In this document: in pieces, positions 19,940 through 29,999 of the stretch
Position numbering within the stretch: position 1 is the stretch's first letter
How the letters are laid out: the number at the start of each line of letters is the position of its first letter
Virus record (IMG/VR): IMGVR_UViG_3300043754_000129
Coordinates: 64,001-128,000 of that record
Source of the DNA: a virus
Lineage: Duplodnaviria; Caudoviricetes
Strand: one strand, 5' to 3'
Length of the DNA: 64,000 nucleotides
Notes under the pieces: generated by a model
What the model was told of the DNA's origin: nothing
Database searches by the model: none
What the model saw: the letters and a program-made list of their open reading frames with translations, nothing else
Position numbers and translations under genes: made by a program

Positions 19940-20340
19940 TTCATCTTCCCCGTGACGCCGTTCTGCTCCATGATCCAGAAGTCCACGTTCGACACGTAGA
20001 TCGACACGAACTCTTCGAGCGACACCTTCGGATACCACTTGTTACGCGGATCCTGGTCGGTGTAGTTGCCATGCCGGATATACACGGAGAGGCTATCGTC
20101 CTGCTCGATTTCGACGTCGAGAAAGAACGGCCGCTCGTACCAGTAAAAGCCGATGGTACCATTCGCACCAAGCATCGGCGTCGGAGCACTGAAGTCTTTA
20201 GGCAGAGCCTCGAGAAACTTCTGAGCGATCGCCACATGTTCCTTACGGGGCGGTACACCCTGATCCAGATCCCAGCCTTTCTCGAGATCGGCATAGCGAG
20301 CCAGTTCCCCACGGGCTGCTTCAATCGTCGTTGCAGTCAT
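19936..20340 (-). CDS. Hypothetical protein
   Basis: 134 aa; pattern LxxxWD...P.P...dG.i.fyW seen in small phage proteins; preceded by an RBS. Confidence 0.65.
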   Translation of the reverse strand: MTATTIEAARGELARYADLEKGWDLDQGVPPRKEHVAIAQKFLEALPKDFSAPTPMLGANGTIGFYWYERPFFLDVEIEQDDSLSVYIRHGNYTDQDPRNKWYPKVSLEEFVSIYVSNVDFWIMEQNGVTGKMK

Positions 20341-20548
20341 CGCTTACGCTCCCACCTCGATTGTTCCCACCAACGACGACCGCGCTTGTAGCGCGATCCC
20401 CCACTCGGCTCCGGTGAGTCTTGACAGGGGTCAGGATCCCGCGGCTCTGCCCGTGCACGCTTTGCGGCCGCAATGGCTTCTTGCTCAGCGTTATGTTCTT
20501 CGACGGTCTTCAATTTTATGTCCTCATTTTTCTAATCGGAACAGCGCC

Positions 20549-21640
20549 ATGCACGCATTGTTTAATCTGGAACCGAAGGCACAAACTGGCGTCCAGATTC
20601 CGGCGCTGTGGCCCTACGTCAAACAAGGCTTGCGAGCCAACGTCGCCCAGATCGTCAACTACTACCGCGGCAACCCCCAAGCGGTTAAGAGTGATCATCT
20701 CCTAGTGAAAATCATCCAGTCCATGGATATTCCCTTTTCAGTAGGGTACGATCGCTATTTCGAACTGGCAGACGCCTCTGCATTAGATCTCGCGATGTTG
20801 TTAAAATTAACCTCCTCACTTTACAAGGGGCAGGTTTGGGACGGTGTGTTCTACGGTCCTGGCAGTCGAGAGATCATCATCGCTCACACGGGTGAGTTCG
20901 ATTACAACAAGGTGCAGAAAGAATGGCAGAACGTGCAGGCCGTGCGGGTACTGCGTCATGCCAAGAGCGATCTGTATCTGAACCTGCCCGATGCGCAGCG
21001 TAACACCACGGAGTCAGGTGTAGCGGTGATTGCAATCAACATCCCGCTCTTGATGTGTCAGTACTACTGGTTCCGTCAAGCGTACTGGATGGAAGACCAC
21101 GATCTGGATACGCGACCCGACACGATGTTCGTGCACATGTACGTGTTGCCCAACATGCTCTTCAGTCATCTGGATCAGGCGCTCTTTAACCGGATTCAGA
21201 AGCTGAGTCATGGGGAACCCGTCGGCCAGTCGATGAAGCGTCATCCGTTTGCCCAGATCAGCTACGACCCGAAGGTCGATCAATGCTACCGGGCCGTGCT
21301 GGATAACCTGCGTCGTCAAGAGAAGAACTTCGTCGGCACTCTCCAGAACGTTCCAGCTGCGATTCGCGAGAACATGGAGAAGGTGATGCACGTGCCGGAT
21401 ATGGCACCGACGCGTCAAGTCATGTGGGCGTTGGCCATTGCGCGCTTTCCTGCACTGGACTTTGTGGTGGAGCAAGCACACCGCACCCCACAGACAAAGA
21501 ACCAAGCAGATGTGGATCGCGTGAACCGCACCTTCCTCTTGTGGCGCAACATGCGGATCTTTGAAGGCGTCATGCCGCCCGATATGCATGGAGACGTCAT
21601 AAGGGAAATGACCGCTATCCAGGAAAAGGCGAACCCTTAA
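20549..21640 (+). CDS. Conserved chimallivirus protein between DNA polymerase and chimallin (phiKZ gp52-like position, opposite strand)
   Basis: About 363 aa from MHALFN; orientation and position match the core block. Confidence 0.6.
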   Translation: MHALFNLEPKAQTGVQIPALWPYVKQGLRANVAQIVNYYRGNPQAVKSDHLLVKIIQSMDIPFSVGYDRYFELADASALDLAMLLKLTSSLYKGQVWDGVFYGPGSREIIIAHTGEFDYNKVQKEWQNVQAVRVLRHAKSDLYLNLPDAQRNTTESGVAVIAINIPLLMCQYYWFRQAYWMEDHDLDTRPDTMFVHMYVLPNMLFSHLDQALFNRIQKLSHGEPVGQSMKRHPFAQISYDPKVDQCYRAVLDNLRRQEKNFVGTLQNVPAAIRENMEKVMHVPDMAPTRQVMWALAIARFPALDFVVEQAHRTPQTKNQADVDRVNRTFLLWRNMRIFEGVMPPDMHGDVIREMTAIQEKANP

Positions 21641-21822
21641 CTGGATAGCAGGCCATCACTCGAATTGCTGGGCGATGATGTAAAACAGGCAAAGCACACA
21701 CCAGACGGCTAGACCGAAGGTGGTCCCGTCGCTGATATCCTTGTGGTTATACCAGGCAATGGCGGCTCCCACGGAGTCCGCTAGAATCTGGCTGAGCAAC
21801 AGGGTAATCAGGGACGGGTTCT

Positions 21823-22212
21823 TCAGTTTGAACTGCAAGGACGCGCGTCGCACACTTCCTCCGGAGCACTCTGGGCTTTGAGCGTTTCGTACAGACCGCG
21901 CGTACCGCCCAGTTCTTCGAGCTTCTTCAGACCGTCCTTGAAGCCCGAGACATCCATCAGTTGGTTGAAGAGCATGCGGCCGTAGTAGGTTGCGCACGTA
22001 CCAGCTTCTTCCTGGTTGACGATGACCTTGGCTGCGAAGCCCGCTTCGATGAGCGAGTCGCGGTGACTCTTGCAGAGAATGTTGCCGTCTTCGACCGGAC
22101 CCTGCTTGATGAGCTGGATGAGCTGCGCCGTACAGTCTTCACGGAGCTTGCTCGTGTCGATAGGTTCGTCTTCGAAAGCTGCCCGCTTCCGCAGGCTGTA
22201 AAGCGTTTTCAT
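21823..22212 (-). CDS. Hypothetical protein
   Basis: 129 aa with GGAG RBS. Confidence 0.6.
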   Translation of the reverse strand: MKTLYSLRKRAAFEDEPIDTSKLREDCTAQLIQLIKQGPVEDGNILCKSHRDSLIEAGFAAKVIVNQEEAGTCATYYGRMLFNQLMDVSGFKDGLKKLEELGGTRGLYETLKAQSAPEEVCDARPCSSN

Positions 22213-22433
22213 CTGATCTCCATCGCCCGGCCTCAGCCGGGCTTTATGCCGAGTTGTTAGTTTTTAGTCCGTCGCGGGCCGGTTCCTCGTTCGATAGCCG
22301 CGGTACACCACAGCGATTGCCAGAAGCCCAACCCAAATACCTACACCAACTGCGTAGTGCATCACTCATCCTTCTTACTGTTAGTTAGTCGGTCCAAGTG
22401 CAACACCCCGTATGGCATCTGCGACTCAAGTCG

Positions 22434-22625
22434 CTATCGAGTAAAGCGGAACCCCATGAACCACAGGTCCACGCGTGCAAACCACTTGCCGTCATGCAGA
22501 CCGAAACCTGCGCGCAACATGCGGTTCTTTTGATCCAGCACAATCGGGAACACTTTGAAGAACCCGAAGATGTGCAGCATCAACAAAACAAAGACGATCA
22601 CAGCTGCGTAACATTGCCACTGCAT
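22434..22625 (-). CDS. Small membrane protein
   Basis: 63 aa, hydrophobic N-terminus, TAGGA RBS. Confidence 0.5.
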   Translation of the reverse strand: MQWQCYAAVIVFVLLMLHIFGFFKVFPIVLDQKNRMLRAGFGLHDGKWFARVDLWFMGFRFTR

Positions 22626-22737
22626 TTCCTACCCCCGACGGCGTACCCAGCCGTAGCCAAACACGTCCAGGTAGCGACGCGGTGTGATCTCAATGACCTT
22701 CACCGCGAACGCCACCAAGGACGCCCCGATTGCCGCT

Positions 22738-24897
22738 CTAAGCGGCTTCTTTATTCCCTTCATAGTAGTCGCTCACCAGTTGCAGACTCTTGTCCGTGTG
22801 AACGTACACGCCGAGCGATTCGAGCAAGATGTAGAACACATTGACCGTATCGATCTGAATCTTGCGCACGTCCACTCGCTCCAGGATCTCTTTCGGGATC
22901 CCAATCGATTGGATGATCTGTTCCGGCACGTGGAACGTGGTGATGGCCTTCTTGCCGAACTTCACCAGCCAGGCTGCAATCTTCTCAGCCAGGTCACGAT
23001 CTTCCATCTTCGCCAGCCACGCCTTCACCTTGGTCGGGCTATCCATGTCCACGCTGATCTTCACCGACGACCAGGGCGGTTCCGGCATCTGACCATACTT
23101 CGTGCCAAACGTGTCGTTCCAGAACAGATAGTGCGCGTAGTTCGACTTCTCCGGAGGCAGCGTGTAGGACGCTGCCGTCTTGATCTGACCCATCCGGAAA
23201 TACTCGTAGCTATTGCGCACCATGATCGAATCATAAATGTCGTGCTCGAGCGTGGCAATCTCGTTCAGGTACTTCGTGACCGAGAGCTTCTTCTCTTGCA
23301 TGATCGTGTCCATGATTTCGATCATCATAGCTTTAGCCTTCGCCATCACCGCACGCGGTGCATTGGAAGACTTCAGGTGCACGCCCTTGATCTCTTCCTT
23401 CTGGGCCGCGTAGAGGTTACCCTCCTGGCAGCCAATCGAGGCGTAGTAGTGCTTGGCCACCTGGGTCGGCACGAACACGTCGAACTTGTACTCGTTCTTC
23501 ATGGCGACCTGGAACAGACGCTTCTCTTCGATGCCCAGGTTCGCCGACATACGTGCCAGCAAGTGAGTGACCGTTTGTGCCGCCAAGAAGATCATGGTCG
23601 CAGCCACACCCGACGAACGATCGTCGTAACCGTAGCGGCCGTTGTTGTACCAGATCACCCAGTCTTGCACCGTGAAAATCGTCGAGTCGGTATCGCCCAT
23701 CAGCGCCGAGCGACGAATCGATTCCGGGAACTTCGCAAGCGACGACGGTACGTTCTTCGTCACAAAGAAGGCCTTGATCAGATTGCCGTAGTCCGTCACG
23801 GTCTGACCAATGTTGGCGACAGTCGAGGCGAGGATACCGTAGGCATCCGTACCCTTCACGTCCGATACCTTCTTGCCCTTCATCTCACCCGGGCACAGTT
23901 GCGAGGCGAGCGCGATGTGGTCTTCCATCGCATTGCTGATCACCGCTTCCGGTTCCGGATGCACTTCGGCGGTCCGCGACGAGAGACGGTGAATGAAGTC
24001 ATACACCACGGCGTTGTTAAAACGCATCAGGTGATAGAGGTCACCCGTATAGACGAACGCGCTACGCTGGATGTCCGACAGCTTACAGACCAGGACCTTG
24101 ATCAGATCCATGTGAGCATCGTTGCGCCAGTACAGGTTCGTCGAGTACTGAATGCATTCCATGGTCTCTTCGACCGTGGGGTGACGCAGACCAAACTGCG
24201 CCATGGTGGCGCCGATCATTTCGTAATCGGAATTGCTGATGATCGAGATGATGGCGTTCTTCACAACTTCCGGCGACCAGTAGTGCCGGTTGCCGTTCAG
24301 GAACTTCTCGTTGTTAGCCGATCCATAACCCGCTGTAATTCGGCAATTCGACGTAAGAGTTGAATGTGCCGTCTTGTTGAACAGCGGAGTAGAGGCCGAC
24401 ACGTGAGCCCCAGAGCACGCGTTGTTGGATAGCTTACGGTTCGTCTGCTCATTGTCTTTCAGGATTTCGAGGATCTTGTCCCCGTCCATGCGGGCACGGA
24501 ACATGGCTTTCTTTGCCACACTCCGACCCTTAACGTTTTCGTCAATGAAGAGTGCCAGTAGCGACTGCTTCTGAGACGCCGGGATGTACGTGGTAAACGT
24601 AGGAGCAATAATCTCGTCATGACGAATACTCTCGCCAATGTAGCGGCTCAGGGTCGTTTCCATCAAGACCCGGTCGCCCACGTTGTTGCGCTCCAGGTAT
24701 TTGACCATCGGGTCCTTGAACGGGAACTGCCCGTCCGGACGGAGTTGTTGCTTGACGAACGCTCGCGCGGTCTCTTCATCGGTACCTGTCATGATGCACA
24801 GATACGTGGCGACTTGCTTGATGTAGTGGTTGAACACATCAAGATCGCGGTGGTACTGCTGTACGGGGAGGACAAACGGGTTATCGAACGTCGACAC
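22738..24897 (-). CDS. DNA polymerase, divergent family-B catalytic polypeptide (phiKZ gp50-like)
   Basis: MGDTDS motif, K...N..SGAH finger motif (KLSNNACSGAH), KNEYKFDVF and IKGVHLKSS; GTG start with AAGGA RBS. Confidence 0.88.
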   Translation of the reverse strand: MSTFDNPFVLPVQQYHRDLDVFNHYIKQVATYLCIMTGTDEETARAFVKQQLRPDGQFPFKDPMVKYLERNNVGDRVLMETTLSRYIGESIRHDEIIAPTFTTYIPASQKQSLLALFIDENVKGRSVAKKAMFRARMDGDKILEILKDNEQTNRKLSNNACSGAHVSASTPLFNKTAHSTLTSNCRITAGYGSANNEKFLNGNRHYWSPEVVKNAIISIISNSDYEMIGATMAQFGLRHPTVEETMECIQYSTNLYWRNDAHMDLIKVLVCKLSDIQRSAFVYTGDLYHLMRFNNAVVYDFIHRLSSRTAEVHPEPEAVISNAMEDHIALASQLCPGEMKGKKVSDVKGTDAYGILASTVANIGQTVTDYGNLIKAFFVTKNVPSSLAKFPESIRRSALMGDTDSTIFTVQDWVIWYNNGRYGYDDRSSGVAATMIFLAAQTVTHLLARMSANLGIEEKRLFQVAMKNEYKFDVFVPTQVAKHYYASIGCQEGNLYAAQKEEIKGVHLKSSNAPRAVMAKAKAMMIEIMDTIMQEKKLSVTKYLNEIATLEHDIYDSIMVRNSYEYFRMGQIKTAASYTLPPEKSNYAHYLFWNDTFGTKYGQMPEPPWSSVKISVDMDSPTKVKAWLAKMEDRDLAEKIAAWLVKFGKKAITTFHVPEQIIQSIGIPKEILERVDVRKIQIDTVNVFYILLESLGVYVHTDKSLQLVSDYYEGNKEAA

Positions 24898-24957
24898 TTG
24901 TAGTTCCTTGTTCTTTCACTCTCTGTAAGATGATCCGTCGGAGTAAAAATAGTTGAC

Positions 24958-24995
24958 GGCATAAAAAAGAAGGGAGAGAGCCGAAGCCCTCTCCC
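24958..24995 (-). terminator. Intrinsic terminator upstream of DNA polymerase
   Basis: GGGAGAG/CTCTCCC stem, then TTCTTTTTTATGCC on the minus strand. Confidence 0.75.
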
Positions 24996-25364
24996 ACCGA
25001 AGACAGCTTAAGGAGCGCCACCTCACCCTCGGGCGATGCGCGATCAGCTCGCCCTCCGGGTAGTGGACATTAGCGCCAAGGAACGCATCTGTTTTCACCA
25101 CCACTGATGAGGCTCGCTCAACCCAAACTGTTTGGCTTTGGTCCCGTTCCCCAACGGTTCATGCAAGTGCCAAGGAACACAGTGCAAGCAATCCGGACGG
25201 GAGCCACCCGCCCTTACCTACGTAAACTTCCCAACCATCGCCCCACAAGCCACCCAAGCAAAAAAGACGATCAATGATTACGTAGGGTACGAGTGCCATG
25301 GCAGCACTCGCCATGAAATGGCACTACGCGATAACTTTTACCTAACACCTTTATTACAAACGAA

Positions 25365-25790
25365 TTACGTCGACCCGTTCGTGGTCGTGAGCGGCGTAAT
25401 CGAGACGCTGATTTGCGTATAGCCGTTGGCGATGAGGGCGTTTTGAATACCCTGCACATCGCTAGCCGTAACACCAGAGACCACAGCGGTGATCACTTGG
25501 TTGGTGGTCGCCGAGATGGTCGACTCGTTAATCCAGGGCATGCCCAGGGCAGTGATCTGTCCTGAGGCCGTGCGAATCTTGACGTAGTTATACTGCGTCG
25601 GATCGTTCGGTGTACCAGCGGGCAAATACGGAAACACGCTGGCGTGCGCACCGACGATGTCGATGACTTGGTTTGCCGACTGAGGGTCGAGCAAACTGAG
25701 AACCGTGACGTTCTGGAAGTTGTCGCCCAGGACGGTCGACGGGTACACGTCAAAGTTCAGAATCTGACCGAGCTGATAAGCATACGTCAT
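25365..25790 (-). CDS. Conserved phage protein (probable virion protein)
   Basis: About 141 aa from MTYAYQL; N/T/Q/V-rich composition like the other structural genes in the window. Confidence 0.6.
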   Translation of the reverse strand: MTYAYQLGQILNFDVYPSTVLGDNFQNVTVLSLLDPQSANQVIDIVGAHASVFPYLPAGTPNDPTQYNYVKIRTASGQITALGMPWINESTISATTNQVITAVVSGVTASDVQGIQNALIANGYTQISVSITPLTTTNGST

Positions 25791-25834
25791 GATTACTCGC
25801 AAAAAAATAAAGACGCTCCAGGCGTCCAACCTCG

Positions 25835-26221
25835 TTAGAAGTTGAAGTACTGGAGCATCACATCGTTATCGACAAATTGCGCGAACGCGTAATCCATGTT
25901 GCCGGAGTGACTCTTGGGGAAAAAGCCATGCTCCATCAACCGGGAGAACAACGCTTTCGCAAACACATGGACATGGTACTGAACAGCATCATAAACACGC
26001 TGATACTGATCACCCGTCATCGCAGGGATTTCTATACGATTGAAGAACGGGACGAGGCGAACATGCTCCTCGTCACCGCTCCAGTCCATGTAAATGTCGA
26101 AGCACTGCCGGACAATCTCTTCGAAGCCGGCAGGCTTGATGTCAAAAGTTGCGAGTTTGCTACGAAGATCGGAGACAAGATCCCCGACTGGGATGATGAT
26201 GTTACTGTGCGGGGGCTTCAT
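25835..26221 (-). CDS. Paralog-array member 7
   Basis: 128 aa; C-terminal YAFAQFVDNDVML motif. Confidence 0.65.
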   Translation of the reverse strand: MKPPHSNIIIPVGDLVSDLRSKLATFDIKPAGFEEIVRQCFDIYMDWSGDEEHVRLVPFFNRIEIPAMTGDQYQRVYDAVQYHVHVFAKALFSRLMEHGFFPKSHSGNMDYAFAQFVDNDVMLQYFNF

Positions 26222-27329
26222 TCTCCCCCTCTTTCACCTGAGTGGCGAGATACACCGACCGACGCACGTTGGAGTTGGGTGGTTGGCGTGCAATCCCCCA
26301 CCGCAGCGGCGTCTTATTCGACGTGATGTCGGTGATGGCCTGCAACAACTCCGCTCGATGCTGGATGATCTCAGCACTTGCGGACTCCTCCGGCACCAGT
26401 CGGAAGCGTTGATCGAGTCGCTCAGCCAACTGCTGCTCGGTGATCTTATCGCCGTTCAGTGCGCGCCAGGCAATCTCTGCATCAGTACGCGTGCCCGTCT
26501 GACACAGATACGTGCCATCCAGCTCCGCTTGCCAACGCGCTGCATTCCAACGGATCCAGACATCGATGTACGACTGGGGAGCCTGGGTCCGATAGTCCTG
26601 AGGCGCCGGAGTCTTCTTCAGTTGCCCGAAGATGGCTTCCATTTCCTGACGGAACTTCTCCACTGCATCCGGTTCTGTAAGCGGTGCAGCCACCACGGGA
26701 TCGGTTGCCGTATGAAAGTCCTTGAAGGCCTGGGCCATGGGTCCGAGCACTTCCTCCGGTGTGCCCGACTGCGGCACTTCGCCGAACTTTCGAATGAGCG
26801 CATCCAGACGCTTGTCTTCTTCCGGTGTGGGCTTCTTCAATGCCCCAAGCAATGTAGCCGCAAAAGCAGGGACACCGAGGCCGTACTGAAACCCAGACCG
26901 ATCGCCATGCAACACGTTGTCACGATGCTGAATGGATGGCACATCCAAGCGATGCACCACCAGATCGTCACCGTGGCGCTTCATGTACTGATACGGCAAG
27001 AAGCCGTTCATGTACAAGCGGTGCATCTTCAGTTCGCGGTACAGGTCGCAGCCGAACTTGTAGATCATCTCGGCGAAGCGATCCGCCAAGAAGTTCTCCT
27101 TGAACATGTTCATGTCGCGTCGCTGGTCGTACGCATAGACGCCGAGCTCTGCTTCGGCATCTTTCTCGTAGGCAATTGCTTCGAAGATCGCTTCGAGGAT
27201 TTCTTCGTCATCGCACTCGTGGAGCTCCATGAAGTCCACGAGCGGTTTCAGAGCTTCACTAGCGCGGACGACTAATAGTTCCCGGGCATTTTGGAAGATC
27301 TGCTCGCTCGAAAATGAGGACGCTGTCAT
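26202..27329 (-). CDS. Paralog-array member 6 with extra C-terminal domain
   Basis: About 375 aa from MTASSF; motif YQYMKRHGDDLVV followed by about 230 extra residues. Confidence 0.65.
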   Translation of the reverse strand: MTASSFSSEQIFQNARELLVVRASEALKPLVDFMELHECDDEEILEAIFEAIAYEKDAEAELGVYAYDQRRDMNMFKENFLADRFAEMIYKFGCDLYRELKMHRLYMNGFLPYQYMKRHGDDLVVHRLDVPSIQHRDNVLHGDRSGFQYGLGVPAFAATLLGALKKPTPEEDKRLDALIRKFGEVPQSGTPEEVLGPMAQAFKDFHTATDPVVAAPLTEPDAVEKFRQEMEAIFGQLKKTPAPQDYRTQAPQSYIDVWIRWNAARWQAELDGTYLCQTGTRTDAEIAWRALNGDKITEQQLAERLDQRFRLVPEESASAEIIQHRAELLQAITDITSNKTPLRWGIARQPPNSNVRRSVYLATQVKEGENEAPAQ

Positions 27330-27681
27330 CTTGGTACTCTCTAAATCGGTAGAGCGGCGCACCGCTGGGATGGTTAAGTTTAGCCTGCTGCCAACGATTG
27401 TTGATCGCATGGCCGGCCTGACAGATCAGCTGCTCCAACTGATCCCGGGTAATCTGTTCGAGTGAATTGTTCCCGTAGAGTTCGTCGGAGTGAGCTAATT
27501 GGGCCGCTAAACTATAAAGGCCATGATGATAAAAAACGTCCCGGCTGAGTACCGTATCAAACAGACGCTCATAGAACGCATCCAGATCCACAGTCGGCAT
27601 AGAGGGATTCGCAACCCAGGCCCGCAGCAAGCGTAGCTCAGGTGGCGAATCCAGGATCACAAATCGGGGAAGGGGTACCAT
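27259..27681 (-). CDS. Paralog-array member 5
   Basis: 140 aa; motif YRFREYQDDSVLI. Confidence 0.6.
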   Translation of the reverse strand: MVPLPRFVILDSPPELRLLRAWVANPSMPTVDLDAFYERLFDTVLSRDVFYHHGLYSLAAQLAHSDELYGNNSLEQITRDQLEQLICQAGHAINNRWQQAKLNHPSGAPLYRFREYQDDSVLIFERADLPKCPGTISRPR

Positions 27682-28154
27682 TGTCGTTGCTCCCTTTCGC
27701 TCAAGCAGCGAATGAAGATGAGAAGATCCCGGCCAGACCAGCGTGGCAGGAACTGCTCGCCCGATCCTTCCTGAGCGATCTCGAAGAGACGCGTCCTCAG
27801 ATGGTAATGGAGAAACTTATCCACTTCATCTTCGATTGCGTCGGCCACAAACCGAATGGCAGTGATGTTGTTCAGTGCGAACTCTAAGTTGTACAGCGCA
27901 ACTGGGGTTTCCTCCCCGAACAAGTCGTGGTGGTGATCCAGTGCAAACTCGAAGTCCGTCATCACTTTGTTTGCCAGGCCTTTCGGGTGCGTATGGCCCA
28001 AATGGTACTGCGTCGTGTACGGGCTGTTAAACGAGCGCGTGACGACCGCTTCCTTGATGAGGTCCTTCAAGCCCCATTGATAAAATGCAAACAAGGGGGC
28101 GTACGTCTCGTACTCTTCCAACAGGGGCCGTGCATCCATAATCAATGGTCGCAT
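27657..28154 (-). CDS. Paralog-array member 4
   Basis: 165 aa; motif FLPRWSGRDLLI. Confidence 0.65.
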   Translation of the reverse strand: MRPLIMDARPLLEEYETYAPLFAFYQWGLKDLIKEAVVTRSFNSPYTTQYHLGHTHPKGLANKVMTDFEFALDHHHDLFGEETPVALYNLEFALNNITAIRFVADAIEDEVDKFLHYHLRTRLFEIAQEGSGEQFLPRWSGRDLLIFIRCLSEREQRQWYPFPDL

Positions 28155-28166
28155 TGGCTCTCCTCT

Positions 28167-28649
28167 TTATGCGAAATAAGTCCGCTGCAATTCGGCAGGT
28201 TGCAGTCCCGAGCGCCAGACCAAGAGGTCATCGCCTGCCATCTCGTAGCGGAAGTCTTTGTGATTGCTGAAGGTGAGATCGGGCAGGTGTTCACCCAACG
28301 TGTTGACGACATTGGAGAAGAGATTCTCCGCGATCTCATGGGCCGTGCGTTCGTCGACGAAGTGCTGGATCAGAACGTTCTCGGTCAAGCGCAACTGTCC
28401 CGCATTGCGCATGTCGCTCTCGACCTCAGTGACCAGCTCCGCGATGAGCGTGGAGATCACCAACGTGGCGAGGTTCATATCCGCTGTCATCGTCGTGAGG
28501 AACTTCGGCTTGCCAAACACCATCATCAACGTGACGGGGGCGCGCCACGACGTCTTGTTCAGGTACGCATGCAGCGTCTGCTCCAAGCCGAGATGGATCT
28601 CGCGCAGGGAAATCAGAACTGCACTCTCCCGTCCGGTTGCGTTATTCAT
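28167..28649 (-). CDS. Paralog-array member 3
   Basis: 160 aa; motif FRYEMAGDDLLV. Confidence 0.65.
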   Translation of the reverse strand: MNNATGRESAVLISLREIHLGLEQTLHAYLNKTSWRAPVTLMMVFGKPKFLTTMTADMNLATLVISTLIAELVTEVESDMRNAGQLRLTENVLIQHFVDERTAHEIAENLFSNVVNTLGEHLPDLTFSNHKDFRYEMAGDDLLVWRSGLQPAELQRTYFA

Positions 28650-29319
28650 AATGCTCCAGTTTGGTACCGTTGCGATTGTGAAAGTCGATCAGGCGCCAGT
28701 CGACGGACTTATCGACGATCAGGTCCAGGTGCCGCTTCCTGAGGAAGTGAATCACCCACGGATTCTCCCCACAGAACGAGCGCACGTCCGACCGGATGCC
28801 GCTCACGGTTTCCATGATCTGGTCGACCAGGACTTCCTTGAGCGCTTCGTCGTGTTGGATGCGCGCATCGAAAAAGCGACCGTAGAGCTTCATCGGCTCG
28901 ATCGGCTTGCGACGATACTCTTCCATGCCGTGCGACTCCACCACATCGCGCACCGCTTCTTCGACGATTGCGAGTGCCGTGACGGGTAAGGCCGGCTGCA
29001 TTTCCAGCAACGAGAACTGGGTCGGCGTGACGATCACGTTCGCATCCAGATCCATGATCGGCATGTTCTTGTCGATCTCGTTGAAGTTCTGAATCACATA
29101 CGTCTCTTTGGACTTCTTGCCATTCACCAGTTTGTGCTGATGATAGACTTCGCCCTTGCGCATGACCGGCTCCGCCCGGTTGCGAAAATAGAAACCCTCG
29201 GGTGGCGGGATCAGGTAGTGAAACAGTGCTGCCTCCAATACGGAAGCAGTGGGCATCGGATCGAACCGCATCTGCTTCACGCAGGGAATGTCAACAAGGA
29301 AATCGAGGAGGCCGGCCAT
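28642..29319 (-). CDS. Paralog-array member 2
   Basis: 225 aa; motif IHFLRKRHLDLIV. Confidence 0.65.
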   Translation of the reverse strand: MAGLLDFLVDIPCVKQMRFDPMPTASVLEAALFHYLIPPPEGFYFRNRAEPVMRKGEVYHQHKLVNGKKSKETYVIQNFNEIDKNMPIMDLDANVIVTPTQFSLLEMQPALPVTALAIVEEAVRDVVESHGMEEYRRKPIEPMKLYGRFFDARIQHDEALKEVLVDQIMETVSGIRSDVRSFCGENPWVIHFLRKRHLDLIVDKSVDWRLIDFHNRNGTKLEHYE

Positions 29320-29335
29320 GGTCTTGGTTAGTTGG

Positions 29336-29707
29336 TTATATCAATCTGAGAGGACGGGGAATGTAGTACGAGATCGTGAGGTCACGACCATTCAAATCTA
29401 CAGCCATTTGCGCATCACCGTAGATGATGGGCACCTTGATCAAATGCTGGAACGCCGCTTCTAATGGCGGTTGAATCATTACCGTCTTCAGCTGATCAAA
29501 CAGTTGACGATAGCCCCACTTGTTCTGATGATGGTTCGAAACAATGCACTGCGTGTTTTGCCAGATGAGCTCACGGATGGTGAACTCGATCGCCTTTTCG
29601 AGAACCAATCCCTGATAGGCCCACGGCTCGTATAGAGGCCCCAGGAACGGCTGGATGTACTCCCGGAAGGAAAGGACATCCTGAATGAGCACAGCCTGTC
29701 TATGCAC
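29336..29707 (-). CDS. Paralog-array member 1
   Basis: 123 aa, GTG start with GGAG RBS; motif MAVDLNGRDLTI. Confidence 0.65.
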   Translation of the reverse strand: MHRQAVLIQDVLSFREYIQPFLGPLYEPWAYQGLVLEKAIEFTIRELIWQNTQCIVSNHHQNKWGYRQLFDQLKTVMIQPPLEAAFQHLIKVPIIYGDAQMAVDLNGRDLTISYYIPRPLRLI

Positions 29708-29762
29708 GTGTATTCTCCTGTCTCACTACAAAATTGCGCTGTAGCGTAACTTATTACTTGAC

Positions 29763-29790
29763 GGCATAAAGCCCGAGCCGAAGCCCGGGA
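29763..29790 (-). terminator. Terminator at the 3' end of the tRNA array
   Basis: CCCG/CGGG hairpin with AGCCGAAGCC loop, then TTTATGCC on the minus strand. Confidence 0.55.
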
Positions 29791-29911
29791 CTCTAAGCCA
29801 TTTGCCGCCACAAACCTCCACGTAGGGCGATTGACCATGAGTCTGCCGAGCTTACGTCAACGGCACGCGATGGGGAGGACCCATTAACATGGTTTCAACT
29901 TTACAAATTCT

Positions 29912-29988
29912 TGGCAGACGAGGTAGGATTCGAACCTACGCATGGCGGAATCAAAATCCGCTGCCTTAACCAGCTTGGCGACTCGCCC
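29912..29988 (-). tRNA. tRNA-Gln(UUG)
   Basis: Cloverleaf; anticodon arm GCGGA-TTTTGAT-TCCGC; T loop TTCGAAT; encoded CCA. Confidence 0.9.
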
Positions 29989-29999
29989 ATTCCTGATCT

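Noticed and set aside
25104-25128. Hammerhead-like CTGATGA (also at 32424-32430)
   Set aside because: The downstream GAAA core after stem II is missing (CAAAC / AATG instead).
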